NCBI GenBank assembly: GCA_002269645.1
Contig: NIVC01001607.1
Coordinates: 196,427-260,426, forward strand
Direction: 5' to 3'
DNA: 64,000 bases
Source: Macrostomum lignano
Taxonomy: Eukaryota
In this document: one piece after another, positions 23,526 through 34,721 of the stretch
Position numbering within the stretch: the stretch's first letter is position 1
How the letters are laid out: every line of letters begins with the position of its first letter
The notes under the pieces: generated by a model
Told to the model about the DNA's origin: nothing
The model's input: only the letters and a program-made list of their open reading frames with translations
Databases searched by the model: none
Translations under genes and position numbers: made by a program

Positions 23526-26500
23526 TTCAAAGTTATTTACAATTATTTAAAACTCCTTTTCAACAAAATATAATCAAACCTACAAGTTCTTTAAAATGTA
23601 CTGAATTTGCTATGGTTTTACTTCTATAGTCAATTTATATGGCATCTATTTAGTATAAATTCTTGACTAGGCCTAGTTTATTTCCTTAAGGTTGTTTTTA
23701 GAAACAATGGAAATAGCATAGATAATTCCCCCTATAACTTCATATAGGGTATTTTATAAAAGGATTAGCATAGGGATACACATAAATAATCTATTTGCTA
23801 CTTTTAGGCCTAATCTATTTATACATAAAGCAATCCTGCTTTAGCAGATTTATCATATTCTACTTTGATTATTTCTGCCAAAAAACTAGGTTTTTAAAAA
23901 TATTTTTATATAACTTTATTTATTTAGTAATAGGTAACTTGCTTTGCATTTTATAATTTTTTTCTTTCAAATTTTATATTAAAACTGATCAATTTTGTTA
24001 ATTTCAAAATAAAAACAGGTCTATTTTTATGAATTATGTGATACTAATGGATTTTTATAAAAGCCACTTCTATAAAAAAGGCATAATTGGCTATTGTCTC
24101 AATGGCAATAAAATGCAAAAACTAGAAAAATATTTTTTAAAGTATTTTCTTTATAACAAAGCATTTTTCTCTTTTGGTTTCTCTTCTCTTTGTTAATTCT
24201 AGAAAAAAAGATTCATAGCAAACCTCTTTGCCTGTTGACATTTTTACTTGAATAAGCCATAAGGTGATTTTTAAAACTTAAGAAGGAAAATTGGTTCTTA
24301 AGAAAATGTGCTTTTTAATTTTTTCTATGAATAATTTTGCTCCTGCACCCCGAAGGGGGGTGGCACTAGATTGCTAGTCTGATCTATAACCATAAAGAGT
24401 AAGATAGAGAGTATTGAGCAACATAGATTTATTATTTAGGCCCTAATTCTAATAAAATTAAAACACTAAAATAAAATACAAATAAAATCTACAGATTATA
24501 TTTATAAATTAATTATTTTTATTGACATCCTACTAGCACTACTAAAACTAGAATTATCAATAGCCTAGGGGCCCTCTATTGAGCAACATTATTTAAGAAA
24601 AGATAAATAGTAGGCCTAGTTATCTGTATGACTTATTCTCTAAAGAAAAGAGCCATGTTTGTGCCATTATCAAATTTTTTAATAAAATGGTCTTCGATTA
24701 ACATGCAAACTTATGTCACGACACAAAGCTTTAGTTATAGCAAAGACCTCTGAATTTTTTGGCCTTATAATTCGCCTAATACAATGGCCTAATGCAATCC
24801 GATTAGCAAATGCCAAACCGGAAATCTTTACACGAAAAAACAAGGTAAAGCAGTTTTTGTAACAATATTGATTTATTTATAAGTAAATTTTGTCAGTTTT
24901 ATTATATATAAGTTAGGATATTTAAAAAAGTAATAACAATTACATTCAGATAGTTATTACTCCTGTATGCGTTATAAATTCAACAAAATAAATTTATCTG
25001 GATTTTTTTTCGTGCGCACCTACGTGTATAACATTTACCGACCGATATTCCGATCAATATTCCTATCGATATTCCGACCGATATTTTTATATGAAACACA
25101 TGTAAAAAAACAAAATTGTTTCGATTTTCCTCACAGTGTGCATTGAATATCATGCAGCGATTTCTTCTTTTGTGTAGGCCAATATGAAATGCTCATTTTT
25201 ATGCTGCAATCTTACTTAAAACGTGTTTTTATTATCACTTTACTTTTTTTGGTAGACCTCAAGAGATTCATTATTAAGGCTATAGTGTAGCATTAATAAA
25301 ATTATTGTTATCGCTATTTAGCAAATAAATTTGCCTTTGACATTAGTTTACTAATTAACTAGCTCAATCTTGTAACCAAAAAATAGGTGCAGCAGTTATT
25401 TTCTCTTCTTTATGCAGATGCTTTACATTGTTTGCTTGACAATTCTAATTCTACATCTGAACCTAATTAGTTCAGAGGTATACTCTATGACTATAAGTAT
25501 TTTAGTCCTGACTTATATATAGGCCCCTGTGCTCTAGCAAGTTTGTTGCATAGCATATAGTATATCTAGTCTAGTTGACTTACCTATTCTATTTTAGGTG
25601 TACCAGGCTAAAGGCCTATACAAAAAGAGATACATATTACATAGGCCTATTTTTTTTCTTTTTTTTCAATTATCTGACTAATACCTTAGTTTTTTAGCTA
25701 GCTATAACCTACAAGCATAGCTATCTAATGTAGTTAACGAAAAGTAAATGTGTGTAGACTATTCACTGAATTATGTAGACCATTTAGTATTTAAAATGAA
25801 CAATATTAATTATCAAAAAGACAAAATTGCCCATAAAATTAGATTTTATCAGTAGAATACATAATTTGAAACAATCTATCAAGTGATTTTGCAATGTTGA
25901 AAAAGTTTACACAATCCTTTCAATCTAGCCCTAACATAGTTATAGCCATTATCTATCTATTATCAAAAATAAATTGAGTATATTATCCAAGAATAGTTAA
26001 AATATAATCTTAAATTCAAGTTGTCAATATAATATAAAATTCAATAAAAAGTAACAGTAGGATGACAAAGTTTTTGTTTTTATCTTAGAAAATCAGGTAG
26101 AAAAATATTATAGATCATTTATAAATTTAATACATGGTGATATATATGTTTTGTATCAACAAAGAAGATTTTCAAGTCAAATTTTAATTACTATAGCCTT
26201 TAAAGAAAAGTTTTATGGATAATAGCCTTTAAAGAAAAGTTTTATGGATAACCTAGAAAGAATAAGCAATTCTAACTTAATAGAAAATTGTATATTATAG
26301 CAAAAAGAAAATAATTCTAGTAAAAAGAAAACATTTATACATAGTTTAAAAGTATCTTATTCTAAAAAGAAAATATTATAATATAAAACAAAATGGTATA
26401 GCCTTGAAAGAAAGATTAAATAATAATAAAGTAGAAAATTGTTTTGGCTAAATAAAAAAGTAATTTTGGCAAAATAGAAAAGTAAACTAAACTAAAAAGA

Positions 26501-27583
26501 AATTAATCTAACTAAAAAGTTCTTTACAAAGCTCGCAAAAACCTTTAGGCAAAAACAATAAAAAGATATAGATTTCTATTGTCTATTTGTAAGCTACGGC
26601 ATAAACAGTTAATTGTTAAAAGAATTTTGATACAAGGTAAATATATAAGATAATATATGTTGTATATTTAGTGTTTGATTAAAATCTTATCCTATTTAAC
26701 TAAAATCTAAATAAGGTTAAGATGAATGTATGTTATAACCATGTCTAAAACATAGGTTAACATTGTTTGTTAGTCATAGGTAAGCATTGTTTATTATCCA
26801 ATAGTGGGAATATGAGAGAATAGAGAGCAAGACTAAAAGAGATAGACTAAGAAAGGTAGACTGAGAGAGGGAGACAACTAAGTAAGTAAAAAGAGGATAG
26901 AAGCAATTAGAAAAATTAAATGAATGAAAAAGCAAATGACAAGAAAAAAACAAAATTTAAAGAGAAAATGACTAAAAAAAATAAAATCGAAGGGAGAAAT
27001 AGAAAAAATGAAAAGACATTGAGCAAAGGTAGAAAAAATATGATTATCATATTGACATATTCTAATAGAAAATTATCATGCTTAATTTGGTATAATCTTA
27101 ACCATACAGGCCAACACCCATCTGAACTAGATGGGTGAAATGGCCATTGGCCAAGGTAAGTTGCAAAATTGAAAACACAAAAAATGAAAAATTGGGGGGG
27201 AAAGAAAAGGAAGAAAAAGGGAAAAGTCAAAGAAAGGAGGGAGAAGAGAAGGGAAAGAGGAAAGAGTTGCAATCAAGAGGAACTAAGTCATAATTGGGAA
27301 GAACTAAGTTGCAATTGACAAGAACTAAGTTGCAATTGGGAGGAAGTAAGTTGCAAATCTGGACAAAACTAAGTTGCACAGGATAGGTGAAATTTTGAGG
27401 TTGGGCATGTATGATCTTAACTTATGCTATAGGAAGTTCAGTTACTTGTTTACTTTCAAATTTAGAAGATTTAGTTGTCATTATATCCTCTATATATAGT
27501 CCCTATTTATAAAAGTTATTAAAGAAAAAGATAATAGGCAATTATTAACTGAAAAAATTATATATTAAAAATTTGTATATTTA

Positions 27584-28896
27584 CGAGGGTTGTGTCATAA
27601 ATTCGCTGACAAACTTACATAGTGTCTGTTTCTTTTGTACTTTGGGGCAGAATTTTTTGTTACAGACTAAGGCACCATCGATCTTATTGTCTATGGAAAT
27701 TTTTTCCTTCTGGCTTTTGAGATAAGGCAGAAATCGAGTGGCATTCAAACCACCCTTCTAGCCAGTGTGGAGAAAAGTGAAGCTGCCAAGCGCACTGTCA
27801 TTTGGTCGTTGTGGAAGCAGCAGAAGAAGCAGGCTGATATTTACCGCAAGCTGCTGCAAATCTTTGGTGAGGATGCACCTTCGAAACAAACTGTGTCAAA
27901 GTGGGTGCAGCGCTTTGAGGACGGCTGGGAGACAGTTGATGATGCTCCCCGCCCAGGTGCACCGCGGTCATCCACTTCCAGTGACAACATCCAGCGTGTG
28001 TAGCATGCCCTGGACGATGACCGTGAAGCAACCCTGAGGCAGTTAGAGGACTTGTTGGCGATACCAATGAAGAGCAGTCATCGCATCATCTCCGACCATC
28101 TGCATATGACACGAGTTGTTGCACGATGGGTCCCTAAACTGCTGACTCCTGTCCAACTGCAAGAGAGGGTCCAGATGTGCCGCCACCTGCTCAACGCCTA
28201 TCAAAACGAGCCCGACTTTCTTGGCCGCCTGGTGACTGGTGATGAAACGTGGTTTCACTTCTACGAACCGGAAACAAAACAGCAGAGCAGCGTCTGGAAG
28301 GCTACTCACGAACCCCCACCGGTCAAGGCCAAGGCAGTGCAGTCAGCAGGTAAGCGCATGGCCACCGTGTTCTGGGACAGAGAAGGCATCTTGCTGATCG
28401 AGTGGCTACCTGAAGGCAGAACCATCAATGCCAAGTACTACTGTGAAATATTGGAACGGCTGCGTGAGAAGATCAAGAGTAAGCGCCGGGGAAGGATCAC
28501 CAGGGGCACTGTGCTGCAGCAGGACAATGCCAGGCCGCATACCTGCAATGCAACTATGGATGTCATCAGGAGACTAGGCTTCGAGTTGCTGCCTCACCCT
28601 GCCTATTCTCCTGACCTGGCCCCTAGTGACTACTGGTTGTTCCCTAAAATGAAAGAGCCTCTTTGTGGCCATCGCTATGGAAGCCTTTCTGCACTCAGCT
28701 CGGCTATCAGCCAGTGGGTACGAGAGACCCCCACGGAATTCTTCGCCCAGGGCATCAGCAAGCTGCCAGAGAGATGGCACAAATGTGTGCAGCTTGGGGG
28801 TGACTATGTTCAGAAGTGCAATGTTGACAATTAGCTGTTCTTTGTTTTGTTTCTTTGATATTTGCAGTTGTCAGCGAATTTTTGACACAACCCTCG
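27584..28896 (+). mobile_element. Full-length mariner (DD34D) transposon, 1313 bp
   Basis: 29-bp TIRs CGAGGGTTGTGTCATAAATTCGCTGACAA (1 mismatch), TA on both sides. Confidence 0.95.
27767..28834 (+). pseudogene. Mariner transposase with a GTG in place of the start and one in-frame TAG at 28001-28003
   Basis: HTH N-terminus, WVPKLL, TGDETW, QDNARPH and YSPDLAPSD with 34 residues between the last two Asp. The two track ORFs are in the same frame, separated only by the stop. Confidence 0.9.
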
Positions 28897-31550
28897 TAGA
28901 TTCTTATACTATTTTACTTTTTGTTTTCAACTATCAACCTTGAAGCAACATATGTTAAAGCCTAGTCTTTTTTAAGGATAGAGATTTGAAATAAAAAAAC
29001 TACTAGCTATTATAACCTAGGGAATAGGAACCTATAGAACTTGAACCTATGGAATTTCAAAAATTCAAACTATGTTAGTATCTTTTTTGTTCTTAGATTT
29101 AAAAACTTTCTTTTAGTTTTGATGATGATTGTTCGATTAGAATCAACCAAAAAAGTTTTCTTTTAGCTACATATAAAAAGACTATTGTTTGTATTATTTT
29201 CTACTTCTCTTCTATCTTCTCTCCCTAATTCTTCCAAAGTTTCCTCCTCCCTTCTCCCTTTTATCTATCTTTTTTATCTTTCTCCATTCTATTTATTTTA
29301 TTTTTTATCTCTACTATCTTTTATATCTATCCCTACTTTCCTTATATCATCTTTACAACTCTTCAAATACTATTTTTCTATTCTCTCTTTTTACCTTCTC
29401 TTTTCTCTTTACCTAAACTCAATTCTATCAATCCTTTGTGTTTCTTCAATTTTATTCTACCACTTTTTATCTATCCTCTTTCAACTTCTTTCTATTCTTT
29501 TATCCTTACTATATCTTTCTGTCAATGTTCTTTTAATTTTTTTCTATTACTTCTATCTTCTCTTTTCCCTTTGTCCTTCTTTTATATCTATCTTTGGACT
29601 ATTTTATATATAACCATTCTTCTATAGTTATTGTAAGTTAGTCTTAAAATTCTCTTTGCTATATGAAAGTGAAAAGTAATAAGTAAAGGAGTAGAAAGCA
29701 ATCTGAAGTTGTATCAAAGAAGGAAGCTGACTTTTGGATATTAACAGTTTAGTTCAACGAAAGTTAATTAAAGTTTAAGAATTAAGTCTTTTTAATTGGA
29801 AAGTACATTAGGAAATAGTTCAAGATGATCTATGTAATATTTAAAGACAATCAATCAGTTTAAGTAGATTAATGCTATTGTAAAAAAATCCATTTTTTGT
29901 CATTTTAACTATTATGGTATGCAAAAAACTATAATTCTCAAAACATAGCATATAAGAGAAAACAGCACAAAAAGGGGAATTATTTTTTGAAGCCAAAGGA
30001 AAAATCTATTCTAGGTGAATAGAAAATTTTCTGTCCTGAAAGGAAACATATTTCATCCTAAGGGAAGGTATTTGCAAACTGAAAGGATATATTTCAACCT
30101 ATTGGGAAAGATATTATTGATCTAAAGGTCAACATTTTTTAGACTGAGGGAAATACAATTGTAGCCTTAAGGAAGGGTATATTTGATCTAAAAGCAAAAA
30201 TTATCCCTATTAAAAAGGAAAATAACAGCAAAGAAAACTATTCAATCATGAAAAGAATACAATTTCAGGATTGGGGAAAGCTATTGTAGCTTAACAAAAA
30301 GGTTGTTTTTAAGCCAAAGCAGAAAACTATTATAATCTAAGCAATAATAATCTAGCCTAATCAAAAACCTTTTTAATTAATAGGAAAAGTATTGTAGCCT
30401 AAGTATAAAGATCTTTTTCAAGCTGAAAAGGAAAAGTATTAGTGAAGAAAAATATTCTAGCCTAGAATAAAAAGCACTTCTAGCCTTAAAGTAAAACTTT
30501 TATAGACTGAAGGGAAAGCCAATGTAGCCACAGTGGAAATTAATAAGAAAAAGAACACATGAATAGATTTTCTTCTGACTTGAATCATTTCATCAAATTT
30601 TTGCAATATAGTATTATTATTGACATCTTTCAAAGTGATTGCTCCATTTTATAAAGATAAAACATAAAAGCTAAATTCATCTATTATACCAGAGGTCAAA
30701 CAAAGTTGCTAACTAGAAGAATTCTAGAAAACTAGCAGTGAGTTGCATAGTGCTTCTCTAACTTAAATAGATCTTTTTAGCTTATGAATTTAATCTTATA
30801 CTTGAAATTGTATTAAATGGAAATGTAAGTCAGTAATTCTATAGAGATATAAAAGTCTGCACTTCAAATATATGCGAATTTCTAAAAAGCTCTGAAAACA
30901 CTATCTCTCTTTCTCTTAGAAAGGCATATACAGTGATTTTAATACAACAATGAGTGAGTTGTATTGTATTGCACAGTCTAATTAACTATGGTATATGTGG
31001 GTAAACCTAACTTTATCTAATTGAAAACCATAAGTGGGATTTTTAACAACTTAAAACCATTGAAAACTAGACCTAAGATCATTGTAAAGCAGACTTGGAA
31101 TTATTATTATACTGGATTCTACTGGAATCGTATCCTGCATCTGATGAGCCATCTGAATCAGGACTCTCATCTTCCATGCCAAATCATCTAGCAAGTGGAA
31201 TTATTCTTGAGCATTAAGACAATTTACAAATTGTCTCACAGGCCGCCACTAGAGGGCATAGTGATTAGCTGTTAAAAACAATCTGCACGGACTAGGAAAA
31301 ACTAGCTGGCGAGGCATTTAGCCTTTAAAATAAGGTGATAATTACTTCTGTTGTTTACCTAAAAGTACATTTATTTTCTTAGCTTTATTTCATGGGTAAG
31401 TCGCATTTTTGATAGAAAACTAAGTCGCACGGCCTTCCTGAGCAGGTTTTAGTGTCATTTTGCATTCATGTATAAATTTTTAAAAGTATTATTTAATGAA
31501 CTTTATCGTCGGTATCTTTGCCTAGACGATATCATATTACGAATTTTACT

Positions 31551-34500
31551 ATGAAAGCCCTTTTTCAGGATCAAGAAGTCACAATCGCAATTACTGCTGC
31601 CGTATTTTCTACATATTTTTGTAAAGAAACTGGTCAACTCGATCGCAGATGGCTTCACGAAGTCGTATTTCCTCAGTTGCGAGAAATAAATGAATTCGGA
31701 ATATTTCATGTTAACAAAGAGATCATTCGAACAAGTCTTCGTAGGAAGGGCAGCAACAGTTATTTATTACGACTAGTTTGCGCTGAATCAGCAGGCTGCA
31801 AGACAGTTATTACGTTGTCGATGGCAGATTTGCCTCTGATTGACAGTGTTAACTTACGGTTGCACAAGAAAAATGAGCACAGCGGCCACAGAGTGATTCT
31901 TCCAAACGACAATGTCCGCCATCTGTGGGAGCATGGTTCACCAGAGTGTCGAGAATTTGTCGCGAGTAAGGCGGCATGCAAAGACGCAAGACCGACTGAA
32001 ATTTACGAGGGAAGCCTGCAGCATTTTAGGTCAGGTAAAATATGTTCCTTAGCGTCAGTGCGACAAACATGCAGTCGTATTCAGAACGCTTCTAGAAGAA
32101 GCCAAAACGAGCACGAAGATTTGCGCAAGCAAATGTTAGATTGGAAAATATCGCTAGTATCGGAAGACGCTGTATCTGGATTTATTCAGCGTATCAGTAC
32201 GGCTCCATTTGGAGTCGTTATTTATTGCGCGGAACAACAATTTCTTTTGCGCCAATTACTTGCCAGGAATCCCTACGCTCCAGTCCACATCGACGCAACT
32301 GGTGGGCTCGTACGAAAATCGGAACTTATACCTGAAAATGTGCTGCTCTGCAGCGCAGTTGTTAGTTCTGAATCTGTTGTGGCAACGCCAATAGCAGAGG
32401 CGGTATTGGAGTCCACGAAGACCGAAGATATATCCGCGTGGATTGAGTCCTTTCTGCTCAATTTTGCCCGGTTTCAAGACCGAGGTGTTTGGGAAGTGTC
32501 AAAGATTGGCCCGCGTATTTATGTTATTGACTTCAGCTGGGTCTTTCTCCATGGCGTTCTTCGTGCTGCTGCCATAATGGATCTAGGAACGTATTTAAGA
32601 AAGCAATTCAAGCGACTAACCTCATGGGACGTTAAACCTCCATCGTACCCACTTGTATTCATTTGCAGTTCGCATCTAATGCATCGTGTTGCAATGACGA
32701 TCGCTATCAAAAACAGAGAAACGAAAAAAAACTTTCTTATCTTCTTTGCCAATCTTATTACTGCTGATAGTTTAGAAACAGCGAAGTCGGTCTGGGAGAC
32801 CATGCTTCGTCTATTTTGCAGCCAGTATGTAACGTCCGTTGTGCAAGACGCTTTCGAAGTGCTTCATCAGTATAATGCTTCCTTGCCATCTAGCTGTCAT
32901 GAATTTGTGAATGAAATGCCGGATCCTGAAGAGGAAAATCAATCAGGAATTTCAGTTGATCCTCCAGATTCGGAAGCTGCTACAACACTACGATCAAGTT
33001 CACCCTTTTCAGGAATTTTCGGTGTTCCTGAGCCAATCAATACCGAGGCAAAAGAGTTGAATCCTAACTTTTCTCTAGAGGCTATGCAAAAAGTCTTTAA
33101 ACTTTATCTACCGCTTCTGCCGATTTGGAGCGTGTGTGTTTTCAAAGGAACGCCTATTAGCACGCACCTAACGAACGCACCTGTTGAATCCTGGTTTCGT
33201 TGGGTAAAAGCTAGAGTGCGTCGTAAAAGTGGCACGCGTTTGTTGATTGGAAACTTTCTACGGGCACAACTCGAATGTGTACTAGAGCGCATTAGTCGAG
33301 TCAAAAAGAATCAGCAGACTGTTCTTCCACCTCGGCGACCAAGACGTCGCAAGGTAAATGAAGAGGCACCTCACGTTCCCAAAGGGGACCCTTGGGCCTC
33401 CAGAGTTTCAAAACCCTCTTACTTAGGCGGGAAAATTGCCTCAAAGCTACCGTTTAAGTGCAGCCAACTGCGTCCTGCAAGAAAATCAGAGCACCGATTT
33501 GCTCCGAAATCTGAAACTCCAACGTGTGCACTAAGTCCGCCTGCCACTCTTTCCAAGAATACTTTTATTACTGTTAAGGCAGATAACTGCGGCGAAGAGA
33601 TCAAATCCGTCTACAGAGGTTGCGTTTTCATACGCCGAGACTGCGCCAAAACTGAGAATGGCCAAGAGTGCGCAGCCACAACTGAGATTGGCCGAGAGTG
33701 CGCAGCCACAACTGAGATTGGCCGAGAGTGCGCAGCCACAACTGAGATTGGCCGAGAGTGCGCAGCCACAACTGAGATTGGCCAAGAGTGCGCAGCCACA
33801 ACTGAGATTGGCCGAGAGTGCGCAGCCACAACTGAGATTGGCCAAGAGGGCGCAGCCATAACTGAGAATGGCCAAGAGTGCGCAGCCACAACTGAGATTG
33901 TCCGAGAGTGCGCAGCCACAACTGAGATTGGCCAAGAGTGCGCAGCCACAACTAAGAATGGCCGAGAGTGCCCAATCAAACTGAAGCTGGCCGAGGGTGC
34001 GCAGTCGAAACGGATGATGGCCGAGAGTTCGAAGCCAAAACGAATGATGGCTGAGAGTCCTCAGCCGAAGCGGAGGATGGCTGAGAGTGCACAGCCGAAG
34101 CGGAGGATGGCTGAGAGTCCTCAGCCGAAGCGGAGGATGGCTGAGAGTGCGCAGCCGAAGCGGAGAATGGCTGAGAGTGCACAGCCGAAGCGGAGGATGG
34201 CTGAGAGTCCTCAGCCGAAGCGGAGGATGGCTGAGAGTGCGCAGCCGAAGCGGAGAATGGCTGAGAGTCCGCAGCCGAAGCGGAGGATGGCTGAGAGCGC
34301 GCAATTCCATCCAAGGACGACAGAGAGCACGCAGCTAAAAACGAGAGTGAGCAAGAGGGCGCAACCTAAACGTAGGATGGCCAACAGTGCACAGGTCAAT
34401 CGCAGACAGACTTCTGTCGAGTTAAAGAGCACTAAAAACCCTTTAGTTTCGACGAGCATCAATCAACTTTTTCATTTTATGGACAAAAAAGAAAATTCTA

Positions 34501-34721
34501 AGTGTCCTGCTACGTCAAGAAAATTCATCACCAGTGACTCAGAACGCCTCAAAATTCTTCCTACTGCCAGTGCAAAATCCAAAAAAACAGAGATGAAAAT
34601 TTCACTAAGGAGGAGCTCGTGCCTTGTTTCTCAACCCGAGAAAAGTATGGAAAATTCTGTATCAGGCGCTTCGATCGCGATTCTCTTCTTAGCGAGCGCA
34701 GTTGGATCAGTGTCACGGTAA
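31551..34721 (+). CDS. Mutator/Foldback (MULE, NOF-like) DDE transposase ORF with two internal 30-bp coding repeat arrays
   Basis: N-terminal C-x5-C...H-x2-H (WRKY/GCM-type) motif, VHIDATG (D1), YVIDFSW (D2), CSSH (CxxH), TNAPVESWF (E). The ORF track starts at TTG 31518; the first ATG is 31551. Confidence 0.75.
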   Translation: MKALFQDQEVTIAITAAVFSTYFCKETGQLDRRWLHEVVFPQLREINEFGIFHVNKEIIRTSLRRKGSNSYLLRLVCAESAGCKTVITLSMADLPLIDSVNLRLHKKNEHSGHRVILPNDNVRHLWEHGSPECREFVASKAACKDARPTEIYEGSLQHFRSGKICSLASVRQTCSRIQNASRRSQNEHEDLRKQMLDWKISLVSEDAVSGFIQRISTAPFGVVIYCAEQQFLLRQLLARNPYAPVHIDATGGLVRKSELIPENVLLCSAVVSSESVVATPIAEAVLESTKTEDISAWIESFLLNFARFQDRGVWEVSKIGPRIYVIDFSWVFLHGVLRAAAIMDLGTYLRKQFKRLTSWDVKPPSYPLVFICSSHLMHRVAMTIAIKNRETKKNFLIFFANLITADSLETAKSVWETMLRLFCSQYVTSVVQDAFEVLHQYNASLPSSCHEFVNEMPDPEEENQSGISVDPPDSEAATTLRSSSPFSGIFGVPEPINTEAKELNPNFSLEAMQKVFKLYLPLLPIWSVCVFKGTPISTHLTNAPVESWFRWVKARVRRKSGTRLLIGNFLRAQLECVLERISRVKKNQQTVLPPRRPRRRKVNEEAPHVPKGDPWASRVSKPSYLGGKIASKLPFKCSQLRPARKSEHRFAPKSETPTCALSPPATLSKNTFITVKADNCGEEIKSVYRGCVFIRRDCAKTENGQECAATTEIGRECAATTEIGRECAATTEIGRECAATTEIGQECAATTEIGRECAATTEIGQEGAAITENGQECAATTEIVRECAATTEIGQECAATTKNGRECPIKLKLAEGAQSKRMMAESSKPKRMMAESPQPKRRMAESAQPKRRMAESPQPKRRMAESAQPKRRMAESAQPKRRMAESPQPKRRMAESAQPKRRMAESPQPKRRMAESAQFHPRTTESTQLKTRVSKRAQPKRRMANSAQVNRRQTSVELKSTKNPLVSTSINQLFHFMDKKENSKCPATSRKFITSDSERLKILPTASAKSKKTEMKISLRRSSCLVSQPEKSMENSVSGASIAILFLASAVGSVSR

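Noticed and set aside
27584-28896. Mariner length (1313 bp) equals the higher-order repeat period in PIGS intron 2
   Set aside because: No sequence similarity or mechanism links them; treated as coincidence.
26916-29627. Phe/Leu- or Lys-rich ORFs at 26916-27272 and 29185-29627
   Set aside because: Low-complexity AT-rich purine/pyrimidine tracts without coding hallmarks.
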